Shown piece after piece: positions 1 to 10,559 of a stretch of 64,000 nt of DNA. The notes under the pieces were generated by a model that searched no databases, had not been told where the DNA came from, and saw only the letters and a list, made by a program, of their open reading frames with translations. Source of the stretch: an uncultured Gemmatimonadaceae bacterium (GTDB lineage Bacteria > Gemmatimonadota > Gemmatimonadetes > Gemmatimonadales > Gemmatimonadaceae). A program made the position numbers and the translations under genes. Positions within the stretch are counted from its first letter, which is position 1; every line of letters starts with the position of its first letter. The stretch covers positions 256,001 to 320,000 of the forward strand of contig CAWHHI010000020.1 in the NCBI GenBank assembly GCA_963829055.1. Reading direction: 5' to 3'.

Positions 1-975
1 GTCGCTCGATCAGATGTACGCGCAGCGCTTCGGCCAGGAGACGCCGATTCCGTCGATGCAGCTGTGCATCGAGAACGTCGACCAGGCCGGCGGCTGCGCG
101 TACGGCTACGCCTGCGTCTACACGGACTCGATCAGCTGGGCGTCGCCGACCGAGCCGCTGCCCGTCATTCGCGATCCGCGCGTGGCGTTCGAGAAGCTGT
201 TCGGCGTCGGCGGCTCGCCCGAGGAGCGCGCGAGCCGTCGTCGAACGCGTCGCAGCATTCTGGACTTCGTCGCCACCGAGATGACGTCGATGAAGCGCGA
301 CGTTAGGCGCCGAGGACCGCGGCGCGCATGGACCGCTACCTCGAGGACATCCGCGAGGTCGAGCGCCGCATCCAGCGCATCGAAGCGCGCAACGATCGAG
401 AGCGGCGAGCCGCGCGAGCTTGCCGGCGCGCCGGCTGGCGTGCCCGACTCGTTCGCCGAGCACGTGCAAGCTGATGTTCGACCTGCAGGTGCTCGCGTTC
501 GCGGCCGACATCACGCGCGTGTTCTCGTTCAAGATGGGCCGCGACGGCTCGAGCCGCGTGTACCCGGAGAGCGGCTCGGACAAGCCGTTCCACCCGGCGT
601 CGCACCACGGCGGCAACGAGAAGGGCGTGAAGGAGTTCTACCTGATCAACAAGTATCACGTCGCCATGCTGCCGTACTTCCTCGACAAGCTGAAGAGCAT
701 GCAGGAAGGCGAGAGCAACCTGCTCGACAAGACGCTGATCATGTACGGCTCGCCGATGGGCGACTCGAACCTCCACAACCATCGTCGCTGCCCGCTCATC
801 CTGCTCGGCGGCGCGAACGGGAAGCTGGCGGGCAACACTGCACATCAAGGCGCCGGACGGCACGCCGATGGCGAACGCGATGCTCACGGTCGATGCACAC
901 GCTCGGCATGGACGACATGAAGACGTTCGGCGACAGCACCGGCACTGTCCGTAGCCTCCAACGCTTCAGGCTGTC
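1..975 (+). CDS. DUF1552 (HxxSHH) family protein, 3' part, frameshifted; end approximate
   Basis: Joined ORF pieces give SMQLCIE..GCAYGYACVYTDSISWASPTEPLP..PRVAFEKLFG, ADITRVFSFKMGRD, FHPASHH, LLDKTLIMYGSPMGDSNLHNH and FGDSTG. Confidence 0.85.
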
Positions 976-1015
976 ATTCCGAGCGATGCGCAGTCGAGCT
1001 CGCAGGAATCGCGAT
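972..1015. repeat. Degenerate half copy of palindromic repeat family C
   Basis: TGTCATTCCGAGCG..GCAGTCGAG..AGGAATCGCGAT matches the left arm of the other copies. Confidence 0.6.
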
Positions 1016-1046
1016 GCCTCGAAGAGGGCTCAGCGATCGTCGGCGC

Positions 1047-3013
1047 ATGATGCTCGCGCTGCTCCTCGGCGCCGCGACGCTGCTGCGTCCGCGACCCCGC
1101 ACTACCGCGCCCGATCGCCGACGCCCCGTCGCCGACGCCGCCATGCGCGGCGACGCGCGCGACGGTCCGCGCGCTGCTCAAGCAGGGCGCCGACGTGAAC
1201 GCCGCGCAGGGCGACGGCATGACCGCGCTGCACTGGGCGGCATCGCACGGCGACGTCGACGCAGGCGCGGATGCTGATCTACGCCGGCGCGCGCGTCGAA
1301 GCCGTCGACGCGCAACGGCAACTACACGCCGCTGCACCTCGCGGCGCAAGGCGGGCAAGTCTGTCGGTGGTGCAAGGCGCTGCTCGACGCTGGCGCGAAC
1401 GTCAACGCGAAGACGATCGTCGGGCGGCGCGACGCCGCTGCATCTCGCCGCCGCGCAGGGGAACGCCGACGTCGATCGAACGCGCTGCTCGACAAGAGCG
1501 CCGAAGGTCGACGCGCGCGAACGGCGCATGGAGCGAGACGCCGCTCATGTGGGCCGCGGCGTACAATCGCGTGGACGCGATGCAAGCGCTGCGTCAAGCA
1601 CGGCGCGAACATCAACGCCGCGTCGAAGGTCGAGGACATGCCGGCGCGCGAGACGCGCGGATCGTGCCGCGCGCGGCGCTTCGCAATCGACGAGTCGCGG
1701 CGCTCAAGGCGGCCGAGCAGCCGCCGCGTCCCGCCGGCGCCGCGCCGAACGCCCCGCGTGATTCATCAGCCGCGCGCGATGGCGCACCGACAGACTCCGC
1801 GGCGGCGCGGGCTTCGCGCACCACGCGGGATTCGACTGCGGGGAAGGCGTCGTACCCGAAGGATTCCGCCGCCATGAAAGGCGCCGCGCAGCCGCTCGTC
1901 ACGAACGGCCGCCCTAGCGCTCCTGGCGCACCCGCCGGCGCGAACCCGCCCGGTGGACGCCCAGCGCAGTCGGACTCGGCGCGCCAGGCGGATCGCGGAG
2001 TCGTCGTACGGCGAGCTCGTCGGCAACAAGGGCGGCCTCACGCCGCTGCTGTTCGCGGTTCGGCAGGGGAACGCCGAAGCCGCGATGGCGCTGCTCGAGG
2101 CGGGCGCGAACGATCAACCAGGTGAGCGCGGGCGATCACACGAGCCCGCTGCTCCTGGCGACGATCAATGGCCACTTCGACCTCGCGAAGACGCTGCTCG
2201 CGCGCGGCGCGAATCCGAAGCTCGCGAGCGACGCGGGCACGACGCCGCTCTACGCGACGATCAACGTGCAGTGGGCCGCGAAGTCGCTGTACCCGCAGCC
2301 GACGGCGCAGACGCAGCAGCAGACGACGTATCTCGAGCTGATGGAGGCGCTGCTCAAGGCGGGCGCCGATCCGAACGCGCGCCTGACGAAGCACCTCTGG
2401 TACATGTCGTACAACTTCGACCTGCTCGGCGTGAACACGACGGGCGCGACGCCGTTCTGGCGCGCGGCGTACGGCACCGACGTGCCGGCGATGAAGCTGC
2501 TCGTGAAGTACGGCGCCGATCCGAAGATCCCGACGATCAAGCCGGCCGGTCGTCAGCGCGGCGACGATGCGCCGGCCGAGGAAGACAGCGCGAGCAAGGC
2601 GGATCCGTCGGGGCTCGCGCCGATTCCGACCGGCGGCCCGGGCGTCTATCCCGATTCACGCCGCGTCAGGCGTCGGCTACGGCGAAGGGTACGCGGCGAA
2701 CTCGCATCAGCACGCGCCGGACGGCTGGCTGCCGTCGGTGAAGTACCTGGTCGAGGAGTTGCGACGCCGACGTGAACGCGCGCGACTTCAACGGCTACAA
2801 CCCGCTGCACCACGCGGCCGCGCGCGGCGACAATCGAGCTCATCGAGTATCTCGTGTCGAAGGGCGCGGACGTCACGGCGGTGAGCCGGAAGGGGCAGAC
2901 GATCGCCGACATGGCGAACGGCCCGGTGCAGCGAATCCCGCCGTTCCTCGAGACGGTCGCGCTGCTCGAGAAGCTCGGGCTCGAAGAACAACCACAAGTG
3001 CAAGTCGTGCTGA
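1047..3013 (+). CDS. Exported ankyrin-repeat protein, multiple frameshifts
   Basis: Hydrophobic N-terminus MMLALLLGAA; ankyrin motifs GDGMTALHWAA, ETPLMWAA, GLTPLLFAVRQG, GATPFWRAA, GYNPLHHAA; ends NNHKCKSC-TGA at 3013. Confidence 0.85.
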
Positions 3014-3080
3014 GACGATTGCATGGATGACGCCGACGGCCCCAGATAGCACCTAACGAGAGAACGGCAGAACACTGAAA

Positions 3081-3120
3081 CGGCCTCGGGAAGCGCAATG
3101 GCTCCCGAGGCCGCTTTTGT
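3081..3120 (+). terminator. Rho-independent terminator
   Basis: Stem CGGCCTCGGGA (3081-3091) / TCCCGAGGCCG (3103-3113) followed by CTTTTGT, downstream of the ankyrin gene. Confidence 0.75.
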
Positions 3121-3157
3121 CAGGTCCGATCCCAGCAATCCTGTGCAGGACGACCGA

Positions 3158-3413
3158 AACTGCAACTGCAGACAGGATGGCCAGGATTGGCCAGGATTGA
3201 GAAGATGACTGCCTCGGCGTCGGGGAGCGTGTCGCCGGGGCCTAACGAATGAAGGAACACATCTCAGGGCGAGTGGCGTCCCCAGCGGCCGTTCCTCTCA
3301 CACTGGGCTCGTTGCGGGAGGGACCCGAGTGCGACACGGAGCCTCTGTTCAATCCTGTCCATCCTGCCAATCCTGTCCTGCCGTTGCCGTTGCCGTTGCC
3401 GTTACCGTTACCG
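3158..3413. repeat. Palindromic repeat family B, copy 1
   Basis: GACAGGATGGCCAGGATTGG ... AATCCTGTCCATCCTGCCAATCCTGTC inverted ends and a (GCCGTT)n tail; homologous to 28696-28872. Confidence 0.85.
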
Positions 3414-3419
3414 GCTGAT

Positions 3420-3665
3420 CTAGTCGTTATGACTCCGCTCGTACTTGAGCTGCTCGTGGGTCTTGTCCTTGGCCTGCGCGGAATCACGCTTCTTCGCCGC
3501 ACCGAGCGCGCGTTCGCGGCTCCCCTCGGAGTTCACTGTCGGCAGTGACAGCAGACGCTCCAGTTCGGCGCTATCGCATGCGGCGCACTTCGGCGTTTCG
3601 CCCGAGCGGACGAGCGTTTCGAACTGATGATTGCAGCTCTTGCAGGTGTACTCGTAGATCGGCAT
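3420..3665 (-). CDS. FmdB-family zinc-ribbon regulatory protein
   Basis: MPIYEYTCKSCNHQFETLVR..PKCAACDS..LERLLS. Confidence 0.9.
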   Translation of the reverse strand: MPIYEYTCKSCNHQFETLVRSGETPKCAACDSAELERLLSLPTVNSEGSRERALGAAKKRDSAQAKDKTHEQLKYERSHND

Positions 3666-3733
3666 TCGATTCCCTGGTCATCACCTGTTCATAGAATGTC
3701 ACGCGGTCGCGGATATCGCGAGTCCAGTGAGCA

Positions 3734-4091
3734 GCATTCATGCATCGTCGCGCGGGGCCGGTGGGAACTACGATTTGGCGGATGACACGGAAAACGGCCG
3801 GATCCGGCTTTGCATTGACGCTGGCTCTCGCCGGACTCTGAAGATAATGGGAACGGCCGCTCGGGACGCACTGGTGTCCCGAGCGGCCGTTCCCAACAAT
3901 TCCCGGCTCGTTGCGCGAGGAACCGTCCCGAACGCGATCTATCCTGCTTCTTTCGCGTCATCCGCGAAATCGTCGTCCCCCCAAGCCGCGGCGCAATGAG
4001 GCCTGAATGCAAAGCCGTATCCGGTAGTTCCGCAGTACAGATCCGCCCAATCGTAGTCCCCACCGGCCCCGGCGCAAAGCAGCAGGAATGC
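3734..4091. repeat. Composite palindromic repeat family A, copy 1
   Basis: Perfect central 18-bp stem GGGAACGGCCGCTCGGGA (3849-3866) / TCCCGAGCGGCCGTTCCC (3877-3894); homologous to 7277-7850 and 59345-59840. Confidence 0.9.
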
Positions 4092-4139
4092 GAAGCCCAA
4101 TCCAGTAGTCGCGCAACGCAACCATACCGAAGAAAGACC

Positions 4140-6821
4140 CTACTCCGATCGCAACACTGCGTTCGGATCCACGCGAACAGCCCGCCGAGCCGGAATCGCA
4201 CTCGCGAGCAACGCGACGATGATCAGCGTCAATGCCACAGCACCGTACACCGTGACGTCCTTCGCCGACTGCGCGTACAACAGCGGCTGCACCCAACGCG
4301 CCGCGAATAGTGCAAGCACGGTTCCCAGGGTCACACCGGCGACGGCGAAGCGGATACCCTGGCCCACGACCAGCCGCGCAATGTCGGGTGCCTGCGCTCC
4401 GAGCGCGACGCGCACGCCGAGCTCCTGCATCCGTTGCGCGACGTTGTACGCCACGACTCCGTACAGCCCGACGGCCGCCACCACCAACGCCAGCCCGCCG
4501 AACGCGACGAACATCGTCGCGCCCACTTGCCACGACCGGCGCTCGCCATCGACGATCGCGCGCATCGGTCGCACCGTCACGTAGGTCTCGCCGGGCATGA
4601 CCGCCTGCAGCGCGCGCCGGACGAGGTCGACGGAGAGCTCCGGGTCATTCCGCATCCGGAGCACGACCGCGTAGCCGGCCGTCGGCCGGAACTGCTCGAT
4701 CGGCACGTAGTAGCGGTAGCGCTGCTCATCCGTGAGACTTTCCTGCGCCGCATTCTCGGCCACACCGACGACGGTGGTACACGGCATTGTGTCGGCGCCG
4801 AATCGGATGCACTTGCCTAACGCGTCCACACCCGGCCAGAGCACGTTCGCCATGCCCTCGCTCACGACGACGATGCGCGGACTTGTCGCGCGGTCATCCT
4901 TCGTGAACCCGCGGCCACGGACGATGCGCGTGCCCATGGTCTGGAAGTAGTCGGTCGTCCCCTGCTGATACGTGAACTCGCCGAGTCGACTCGCCGAGTC
5001 GACGCCGGGTACGGAGAAACGCGAAGTCGATGTGGTGTAGAACGGAATGCTGCTCACCCACGCCGCCCGCTCGACGCCGGGAATGGACTGCGAGGCCTCG
5101 AGCAGGCGCTTGCCCAACTGGACCGTCTCGCTGTCGCTCATGTTGGCCCCGCGGAGATTCCGCGTCACCGTCAACAGACGGTCCGCATCGTAGCCCAGGC
5201 GTGCTTCTCTCACGTGCTGCAGGCTTCTCACGAACAGACCGGCGCCAACGAGCAGGAGCATCGACAGCGCACCCTGCGTGATCAGCAACATCGATCGGGC
5301 GCGCGAGCGATGGTACGTCCCCTCACGAGCTCCCATCTTGAGCGTCGTGACGAGATCACCGCGCCTGCTGAACAGGACGGACGCGATGCCAGTGACCAAC
5401 CCCGCCACGAGCGCGACGGAGAGCGCCACCAGCAACGTCCGCGAGTCGGTCACGACATCCCACCGGGACACCTGCTCGATGAACAGCCGTCGGAGAGCAA
5501 CGCCACCCCACTGCGCCACCACGAGCCCCAACACGCACCCGAGCAATGACAGGACGATGCTCTCCGTGAGCGACTGGGCGACGAGCCGCGCACGACTGAC
5601 GCCGAGCGCGACCCGGAGCGCGACTTCGCGCCGCCGACGAAGCGCACGCGCGAGAAGCAGATTCGCCACGTTTGCGCACGCGATCAGCAGCACGATGGCC
5701 GCCACACCGGTCACCCAGAGCAAGGTTCGCGACTCGAGTCCGGGGTCGGGCCCCGCGGCTTCACGCAACGCAGACGCGACGGCTCGGGGACGAGCCTCCT
5801 CGGCCGGCGGAAGCGATGGGCGTCCCGCACGCTCGACGTTCCAGCTGCGCGCGTGCGCCGTCGTGAGGTCGGCGTTCGCCGCGGCCAGGCTGACGTCAGG
5901 CTTGCGGCGCACCATCATCTGCATCCAGCCCCACGAGTAGTCGAGGTAGTACTCCTTGGCGCCGGGTCCCAGCTGCGTGCCCGCATACGTGGTGATGGGA
6001 ATGTAGACCGCCGGCGATGCGCCTTCGGACGCACCGCTGAACCCCTCAGGGGCGACGCCGATGATCGTGTACGTCGTGTTGCCGATGCGGATCGTCTCGC
6101 CGAGCACGTTCCGGCGACCGTAGTCCGTCTGCCAGAACGTGTGATCGAGCACGGCGACGGCGGCGCCAATGGGCGTCGAGTCTTCCGCGGCGACGAAAAA
6201 GCGGCCTAACGCGGGCCGTGCATCGAAGAAGCCGAAGAAGCTCGCGCTCACCGCCTCGACCGGGCGCTGGCGTGCGGCCTGGCCGACGCCGATGGCCACC
6301 GCGCCGTCCGCGTACGCCGCGTAGTCCGAGAACGACGTCGTCCAGCGGCGCAGATCCAGGTACCGCGTGTACTCGAACGTGCCGCGCGTGACCTGACGGT
6401 CGCGATCCGTCAGCTGCAGATACACGCGGTGCACGTGGCCAGGATCCCTGAGGTACGGGTGCGGCCGGAACATCAGCCGATCGACGACGCCGAACATCGC
6501 GGCGTTGGCGCCGATCCCGAGGCCGAGCGTGATGATCGCGCTCACTGTGAAGCCCGGCGATCTGCGCAGCCCGCGAAACGCGTAGCGGATGTCCTGCTGC
6601 AGGTGGTCGAGCCACGGAACGGACCATCGCTCTCGCGCTTGCTCCACGACGCGGGTCGAATTCCCCAGTTGCCGGCGCGCTATCAATGCATTGTCCTCGG
6701 CGCTCGCTCCTCGCGCATCACGCTCGAGCTGCGCGCGGTGGAAGCGCAGCTCCTCCTGGAGCTCGGCGTCGAGTCGATCTCGCCGCACCCAGTCGATGAT
6801 TCTGGAGAACCATTCACGCAT
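4140..6821 (-). CDS. ADOP-type duplicated ABC permease (MacB_PCD/FtsX x2)
   Basis: Intact 893 aa ORF: ELQEELRFH, QDIRYAFRGLRRSPGF, LGLGIGANAAMF, LLIACANVANLLL, ELGVRVALGA, IPARRAVRVDP. Confidence 0.93.
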   Translation of the reverse strand: MREWFSRIIDWVRRDRLDAELQEELRFHRAQLERDARGASAEDNALIARRQLGNSTRVVEQARERWSVPWLDHLQQDIRYAFRGLRRSPGFTVSAIITLGLGIGANAAMFGVVDRLMFRPHPYLRDPGHVHRVYLQLTDRDRQVTRGTFEYTRYLDLRRWTTSFSDYAAYADGAVAIGVGQAARQRPVEAVSASFFGFFDARPALGRFFVAAEDSTPIGAAVAVLDHTFWQTDYGRRNVLGETIRIGNTTYTIIGVAPEGFSGASEGASPAVYIPITTYAGTQLGPGAKEYYLDYSWGWMQMMVRRKPDVSLAAANADLTTAHARSWNVERAGRPSLPPAEEARPRAVASALREAAGPDPGLESRTLLWVTGVAAIVLLIACANVANLLLARALRRRREVALRVALGVSRARLVAQSLTESIVLSLLGCVLGLVVAQWGGVALRRLFIEQVSRWDVVTDSRTLLVALSVALVAGLVTGIASVLFSRRGDLVTTLKMGAREGTYHRSRARSMLLITQGALSMLLLVGAGLFVRSLQHVREARLGYDADRLLTVTRNLRGANMSDSETVQLGKRLLEASQSIPGVERAAWVSSIPFYTTSTSRFSVPGVDSASRLGEFTYQQGTTDYFQTMGTRIVRGRGFTKDDRATSPRIVVVSEGMANVLWPGVDALGKCIRFGADTMPCTTVVGVAENAAQESLTDEQRYRYYVPIEQFRPTAGYAVVLRMRNDPELSVDLVRRALQAVMPGETYVTVRPMRAIVDGERRSWQVGATMFVAFGGLALVVAAVGLYGVVAYNVAQRMQELGVRVALGAQAPDIARLVVGQGIRFAVAGVTLGTVLALFAARWVQPLLYAQSAKDVTVYGAVALTLIIVALLASAIPARRAVRVDPNAVLRSE

Positions 6822-6869
6822 CGCGGCGTCCTCTGGATGATGAGTCTCGCGGATACCCCATCGGCGCGC

Positions 6870-7205
6870 TCACGCCGGCCTCATGACACGGGCGATGGCG
6901 TCGAGCAGATCAGCGAAGCTCGATTCCTGCTCGCCGAGCTGGCGTCGTCCGAGCGTCGTGATGGTGTAGTACCGGGCGCGCTGGTTGTTAGGCGTCTGGC
7001 CCCACTCCGCCTTGATCCATCCCTTCTGACGCATGCGCTGCAAGGCCGGGTACAAGGACCCTTCCTCTACGCGCAGAACGTCACGCGAGAGACGCTGGAT
7101 GTGCTGCGCGATCCCGTAACCGTGCATCGGCTGAACGGTCAGTGATCCGAGGATGAGCATGTCGAGCGTGCCCGGGAGCAGATCGCGTTTTCCTGCAGGA
7201 GCCAT
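6870..7205 (-). CDS. PadR-family transcriptional regulator (type linked to ADOP permeases)
   Basis: LLPGTLDMLIL..MHGYGIAQHI..EEGSLYPALQR..AEWG..NNQRARYY. Confidence 0.93.
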   Translation of the reverse strand: MAPAGKRDLLPGTLDMLILGSLTVQPMHGYGIAQHIQRLSRDVLRVEEGSLYPALQRMRQKGWIKAEWGQTPNNQRARYYTITTLGRRQLGEQESSFADLLDAIARVMRPA

Positions 7206-7210
7206 GTGTG

Positions 7211-7266
7211 CCAGTAGAGAGTCTAGGGGATAGATGTACTATGTCCTTTGCAGTGGAGCGATGCAA
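7211..7266 (-). promoter_or_regulatory. Putative sigma70 promoter and PadR operator
   Basis: Minus strand reads TTGCAT-N17-CATAGT; imperfect palindrome CCAGTAGA-GAG-TCTAGGGG (7211-7229) lies just before the ATG. Confidence 0.45.
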
Positions 7267-7276
7267 GCCTCGTCGC

Positions 7277-7850
7277 GCATTCCTGGTTCATCGCGCCGGG
7301 GCCGGTGGGGACTGCGATTGGGCGGATCTGATGCCTGCGGAAACCCCCGGATACGACTTTGCATTCACGCATCATCGCGCCGCGGTCGGTGTTAACTACG
7401 ATTTCGCGGATGACACGGAAAACGGCCGGATACAGCTTTGCACCGACGCTGGCTCTCGCCGGACTCTGAAATAATGGGAACGGCCGCTCGGGACGCAGGC
7501 GTCTCCCGAGCGGCCGTTCCCAAAGAATCCCGGCTCGTTGCGCGAGGGGCCGTCCCGAACGCGATCGATCCTGCTTCTTCCGCGTCATCCGCGAAATCGC
7601 CGTTCCCCAGGCCGCGGCGCGATGATCCGTGAATGCAGAGCCGGCCTGTCATTCCGAGCGCAGTCGAGGAATCGCGATCGTCCCGATAGAGGGGCCACCT
7701 CTGCCAGTACCGCTCACGATTCCTCGACTGCGGCCTGACGGCCTCGCTCGGAATGACAGCCGCGCTCGGAATGACACCTATCCGGCAGTTTTGCAGTTCA
7801 TCCGCCCAATCGCAGTTCCCACCGGCCCAGGCGCGATGAACCAGGAATGC
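7277..7850. repeat. Composite repeat family A, copy 2, with about 50-bp terminal inverted repeats
   Basis: GCATTCCTGGTTCATCGCGCCGGGGCCGGTGGGGACTGCGATTGGGCGGAT at 7277 and a near-perfect reverse complement ending at 7850. Confidence 0.9.
7647..7776. repeat. Family C REP-like element nested in family A
   Basis: TGTCATTCCGAGCG..GAGGAATCG..GATTCCTCGAC..CGCTCGGAATGACA. Confidence 0.9.
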
Positions 7851-7863
7851 AGCCGCGCGGATC

Positions 7864-9581
7864 CTATCGCTTTGCCTCGTCTCGCCAGCGCTCGAGCGCG
7901 GCAACACGGGCTTCGAGCGAACCGACGCGATCCGCCTGAGCACCCGGCTTCCCCCCGGGAGGCGTCGGCACGCCATTTCCCGAACCGGACGGAGCATGCA
8001 CCGCCGCGTGTGTCGCGCTCGGAATCGCCCTACTCGGAATCGCTTGTCACTCGGGATCGTCGTGCCTAACGGGCGCTTCGCCACACCCCGTGCCGAGAAC
8101 CACAGAAACGCGCGGCCGAGCGGGCCAAGCCAGACCACCCGGAAGAGCCGCTCACCGATCGGCATGCGGAACGGACTGCGCACGAGCAGGAGAAGGCTTA
8201 TTCCGAGCAGGCTGAGGCCAGAACCCGCCATCAGAAGGTTCCGTAACGTCGACGGCACCGACTCGGCTGGCGGCGTCTCGTTGATCGCGACCTGCGCCTG
8301 GTTCGTCAGCGTCCACTGGAGGTGGAGCGAGAACTGAATGAGCAGCAGGGCGACGGGCAGCTGCAGCAAGGCAATGATCAGTGTCTTTCGTCGCCGGCGC
8401 CGCGTATCCGGATCCATGCGCAGTTGCTGACGCATGCTCTCGCGCTCATCGACCGTCGCGCGCATGCCAGTCACCACATCCTCTGTCCGGAACCCGAGGA
8501 CCGCGAGCCGGCGCGCGGCCGAGGAAGCCAACAGCGCACGGGTGAAGCCGATGGAACCAAGGAAGATCCCCGGTATCGCCGCCCATGCCGCGCCGACCTT
8601 GCTGCTGAACGTCTGCAGCATCAGCCAGCTCATGATCGTCAGGAAGACGAGCACCAGGCCGAGCGTCCCCGCCTCCTGCGCGAACAGTCTGATGGGCAGC
8701 GGAATCTCCGGAGCGGCGAGCTGGGCCTCGTCGATTGCCTCGACCAGCGCTTCCGCCGTAGCGAAGCGGGCGGCTGGCTCTTTTGCCACACAGCGGTCGA
8801 TGGCTACCCCGAGCGCCTCGGGAAGATCGGCGCGCAGTGACGTCGCGGGCGGCGGTGTCTCGGTCAGCTGCTTGACGAGAATCTGCTGCGTGCTGTCACC
8901 CGTGATGACCGACTGTCCCGTCAGCGCGAACAGCGCCACCAGGCCTAACGAGTACAGATCGCTCCGGCCATCGACCACGTCTCCGGACGCCTGCTCCGGA
9001 CTCATGTACTCCGCCGTGCCGACCACTTCGCCGACGCGCGTCAGGCCTTGCGTGAATCCCTTCGGCTCGACCTTCGTCACGATCGAGCGCGAGATCCCAA
9101 AATCCATGAGCAGGGCGCGGCCCGTCGCGCGCTCGAGCATGATGTTGTCGGGCTTGATGTCGCGGTGCACGACACCGCGGCCATGCGCGTACGCGAGTGC
9201 GTACCCGATATCCTGCAGCAGACGTACGATGCTCCGTACATCCAGCGGGCCCGCGCGCCGCACACGCTCCGCGATGCTCTCGCCTTCGACGTACCCCATC
9301 GCGAACGCGAGGACGCCCTCGCGCTCCTCGACAGCGTGCACCGGCACGATGTTCGGGTGCGAGAACGACGCGGCCGTCCGCGTCTCCCGCAGAAATCGCT
9401 CGCGCAGCGCGGAGTCGCCGGCGAATTCCGCCGGCAGGACCTTGAGCGCGACCTGTCGATCGAGCCGCAGGTCGCGCGCGAGATACACGGCGCCCATGCC
9501 GCCGCGACCCAACTCACGCTCGATGGCATAACGATCACCGAGCTGCTGACGAATATCGGGGACTGCGGTCGGTGCGGTCAT
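7864..9581 (-). CDS. Hanks-type Ser/Thr protein kinase with membrane C-terminal region; frameshift near 8045
   Basis: LGRGGMGAVY, VALK, HRDIKPDN, DFG, GTAEYMSPEQ, DLYSLG; the shifted frame ends ..SLEARVAALERWRDEAKR-TAG at 7864. Confidence 0.9.
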
Positions 9582-9673
9582 GGCCTGGGGTGAAGAGTCC
9601 TACGAAGACCGCCTCCAAGATGCGGTCCGACGCGGACATCCGCACGCGTCGCAGCCACTCCGGCGACTGTTCC

Positions 9674-9721
9674 TTGACTTGAAGTGGGGCAATTCACATA
9701 TTCGGTAACCAATCGGTTACC
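9674..9721 (+). promoter_or_regulatory. Sigma70 promoter with ArsR-type operator
   Basis: TTGACT (9674)-N17-CATATT; perfect inverted repeat GGTAACC-N4-GGTTACC (9704-9721). Confidence 0.7.
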
Positions 9722-9733
9722 CATCATCGCTCC

Positions 9734-10078
9734 ATGTCCCGAGCCCGCGCCAGCGCCGACGTATTCCACGCCATCGCCGATCCGACACGCCGCGCGATCC
9801 TGGATCGCCTGCGTGGCGGCGGCGTCGCGGTCGCCGAGCTCGCGGCGGGATTCGACATGACTCGGCCCGCGGTCTCGAAGCATCTGCGCGTGCTGCGCGA
9901 CGCACAGCTCGTTCGCGAAGACCGCGAAGGGGGTGACGGACGCCAGCGCGTGTACCGCCTCACGCCCGGCCCGCTCCGCGACCTGTCTCAGTGGGTCGAG
10001 TCATATCGGAGCTTCTGGCCGACAAATCTCCTGAGCCTCAAACGCCACCTCGAAGGTAGGAAGGACTCCTCTCGATGA
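9734..10078 (+). CDS. ArsR/SmtB-family transcriptional regulator
   Basis: DVFHAIADPTRRAILDRL..MTRPAVSKHLRVL..GRQRVYRL. Confidence 0.92.
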   Translation: MSRARASADVFHAIADPTRRAILDRLRGGGVAVAELAAGFDMTRPAVSKHLRVLRDAQLVREDREGGDGRQRVYRLTPGPLRDLSQWVESYRSFWPTNLLSLKRHLEGRKDSSR

Positions 10079-10518
10079 AGCTCGCCACGCTCATTGCGGC
10101 CGCCGCTACGGTGACTCTCGCGGCGCCACTTTCACTCGTCGCGCAGCAGGCGACAGCCACACAATCGACGCCGTCCGCGCCCCCGGGATTCGAGATCCCG
10201 AAGGACATGACGACGTACTATGTCGCGCTGTACGTGCGCGGGCCGAAGTTCATGGCGAACGACTCGCCGGACCATCAGGCGCTCACGCGGCGGCATCTCT
10301 CGTACATCCGCCGCATGATCGAGGAGAAGAAGTACGTGTTCGCCGGCCCGCTGCTCGATGAAGGAGACAAGCAGGGGTTGGCAATCGTCTCCGCCGCGAG
10401 CGCCGAGGAAGCGAAGCGTATCGCCGAGAGTGACCCGGCGATCGCAGCGGGGCACATGGCCATCGAGCTGCACCCCGCGATGCTCCCGTCGCTGAAATCC
10501 GTCGCGGTCAAGTACTGA
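10075..10518 (+). CDS. YciI-like protein with signal peptide
   Basis: Signal MKLATLIAAAATVTLAAPLSLVAQ; HLSYI..FAGPLLD..AEEAKRIAESDPAI; ATGA overlap with the ArsR gene. Confidence 0.75.
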   Translation: MKLATLIAAAATVTLAAPLSLVAQQATATQSTPSAPPGFEIPKDMTTYYVALYVRGPKFMANDSPDHQALTRRHLSYIRRMIEEKKYVFAGPLLDEGDKQGLAIVSAASAEEAKRIAESDPAIAAGHMAIELHPAMLPSLKSVAVKY

Positions 10519-10559
10519 GCGGCCGTCGCGCGGGACCTAACGACAAACAACGGAACGAG

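Noticed and set aside
3249..3548. ORFs with PLPLPL or GNGNGN runs and other repeat-derived ORFs (3689-4201, 58888-59775)
   Set aside because: Translations of the non-coding repeat families
7392..7863. 729 aa kinase ORF extending through repeat A
   Set aside because: A frameshift near 8045 explains it; the alternative frame gives a sensible C-terminus and a stop at 7864
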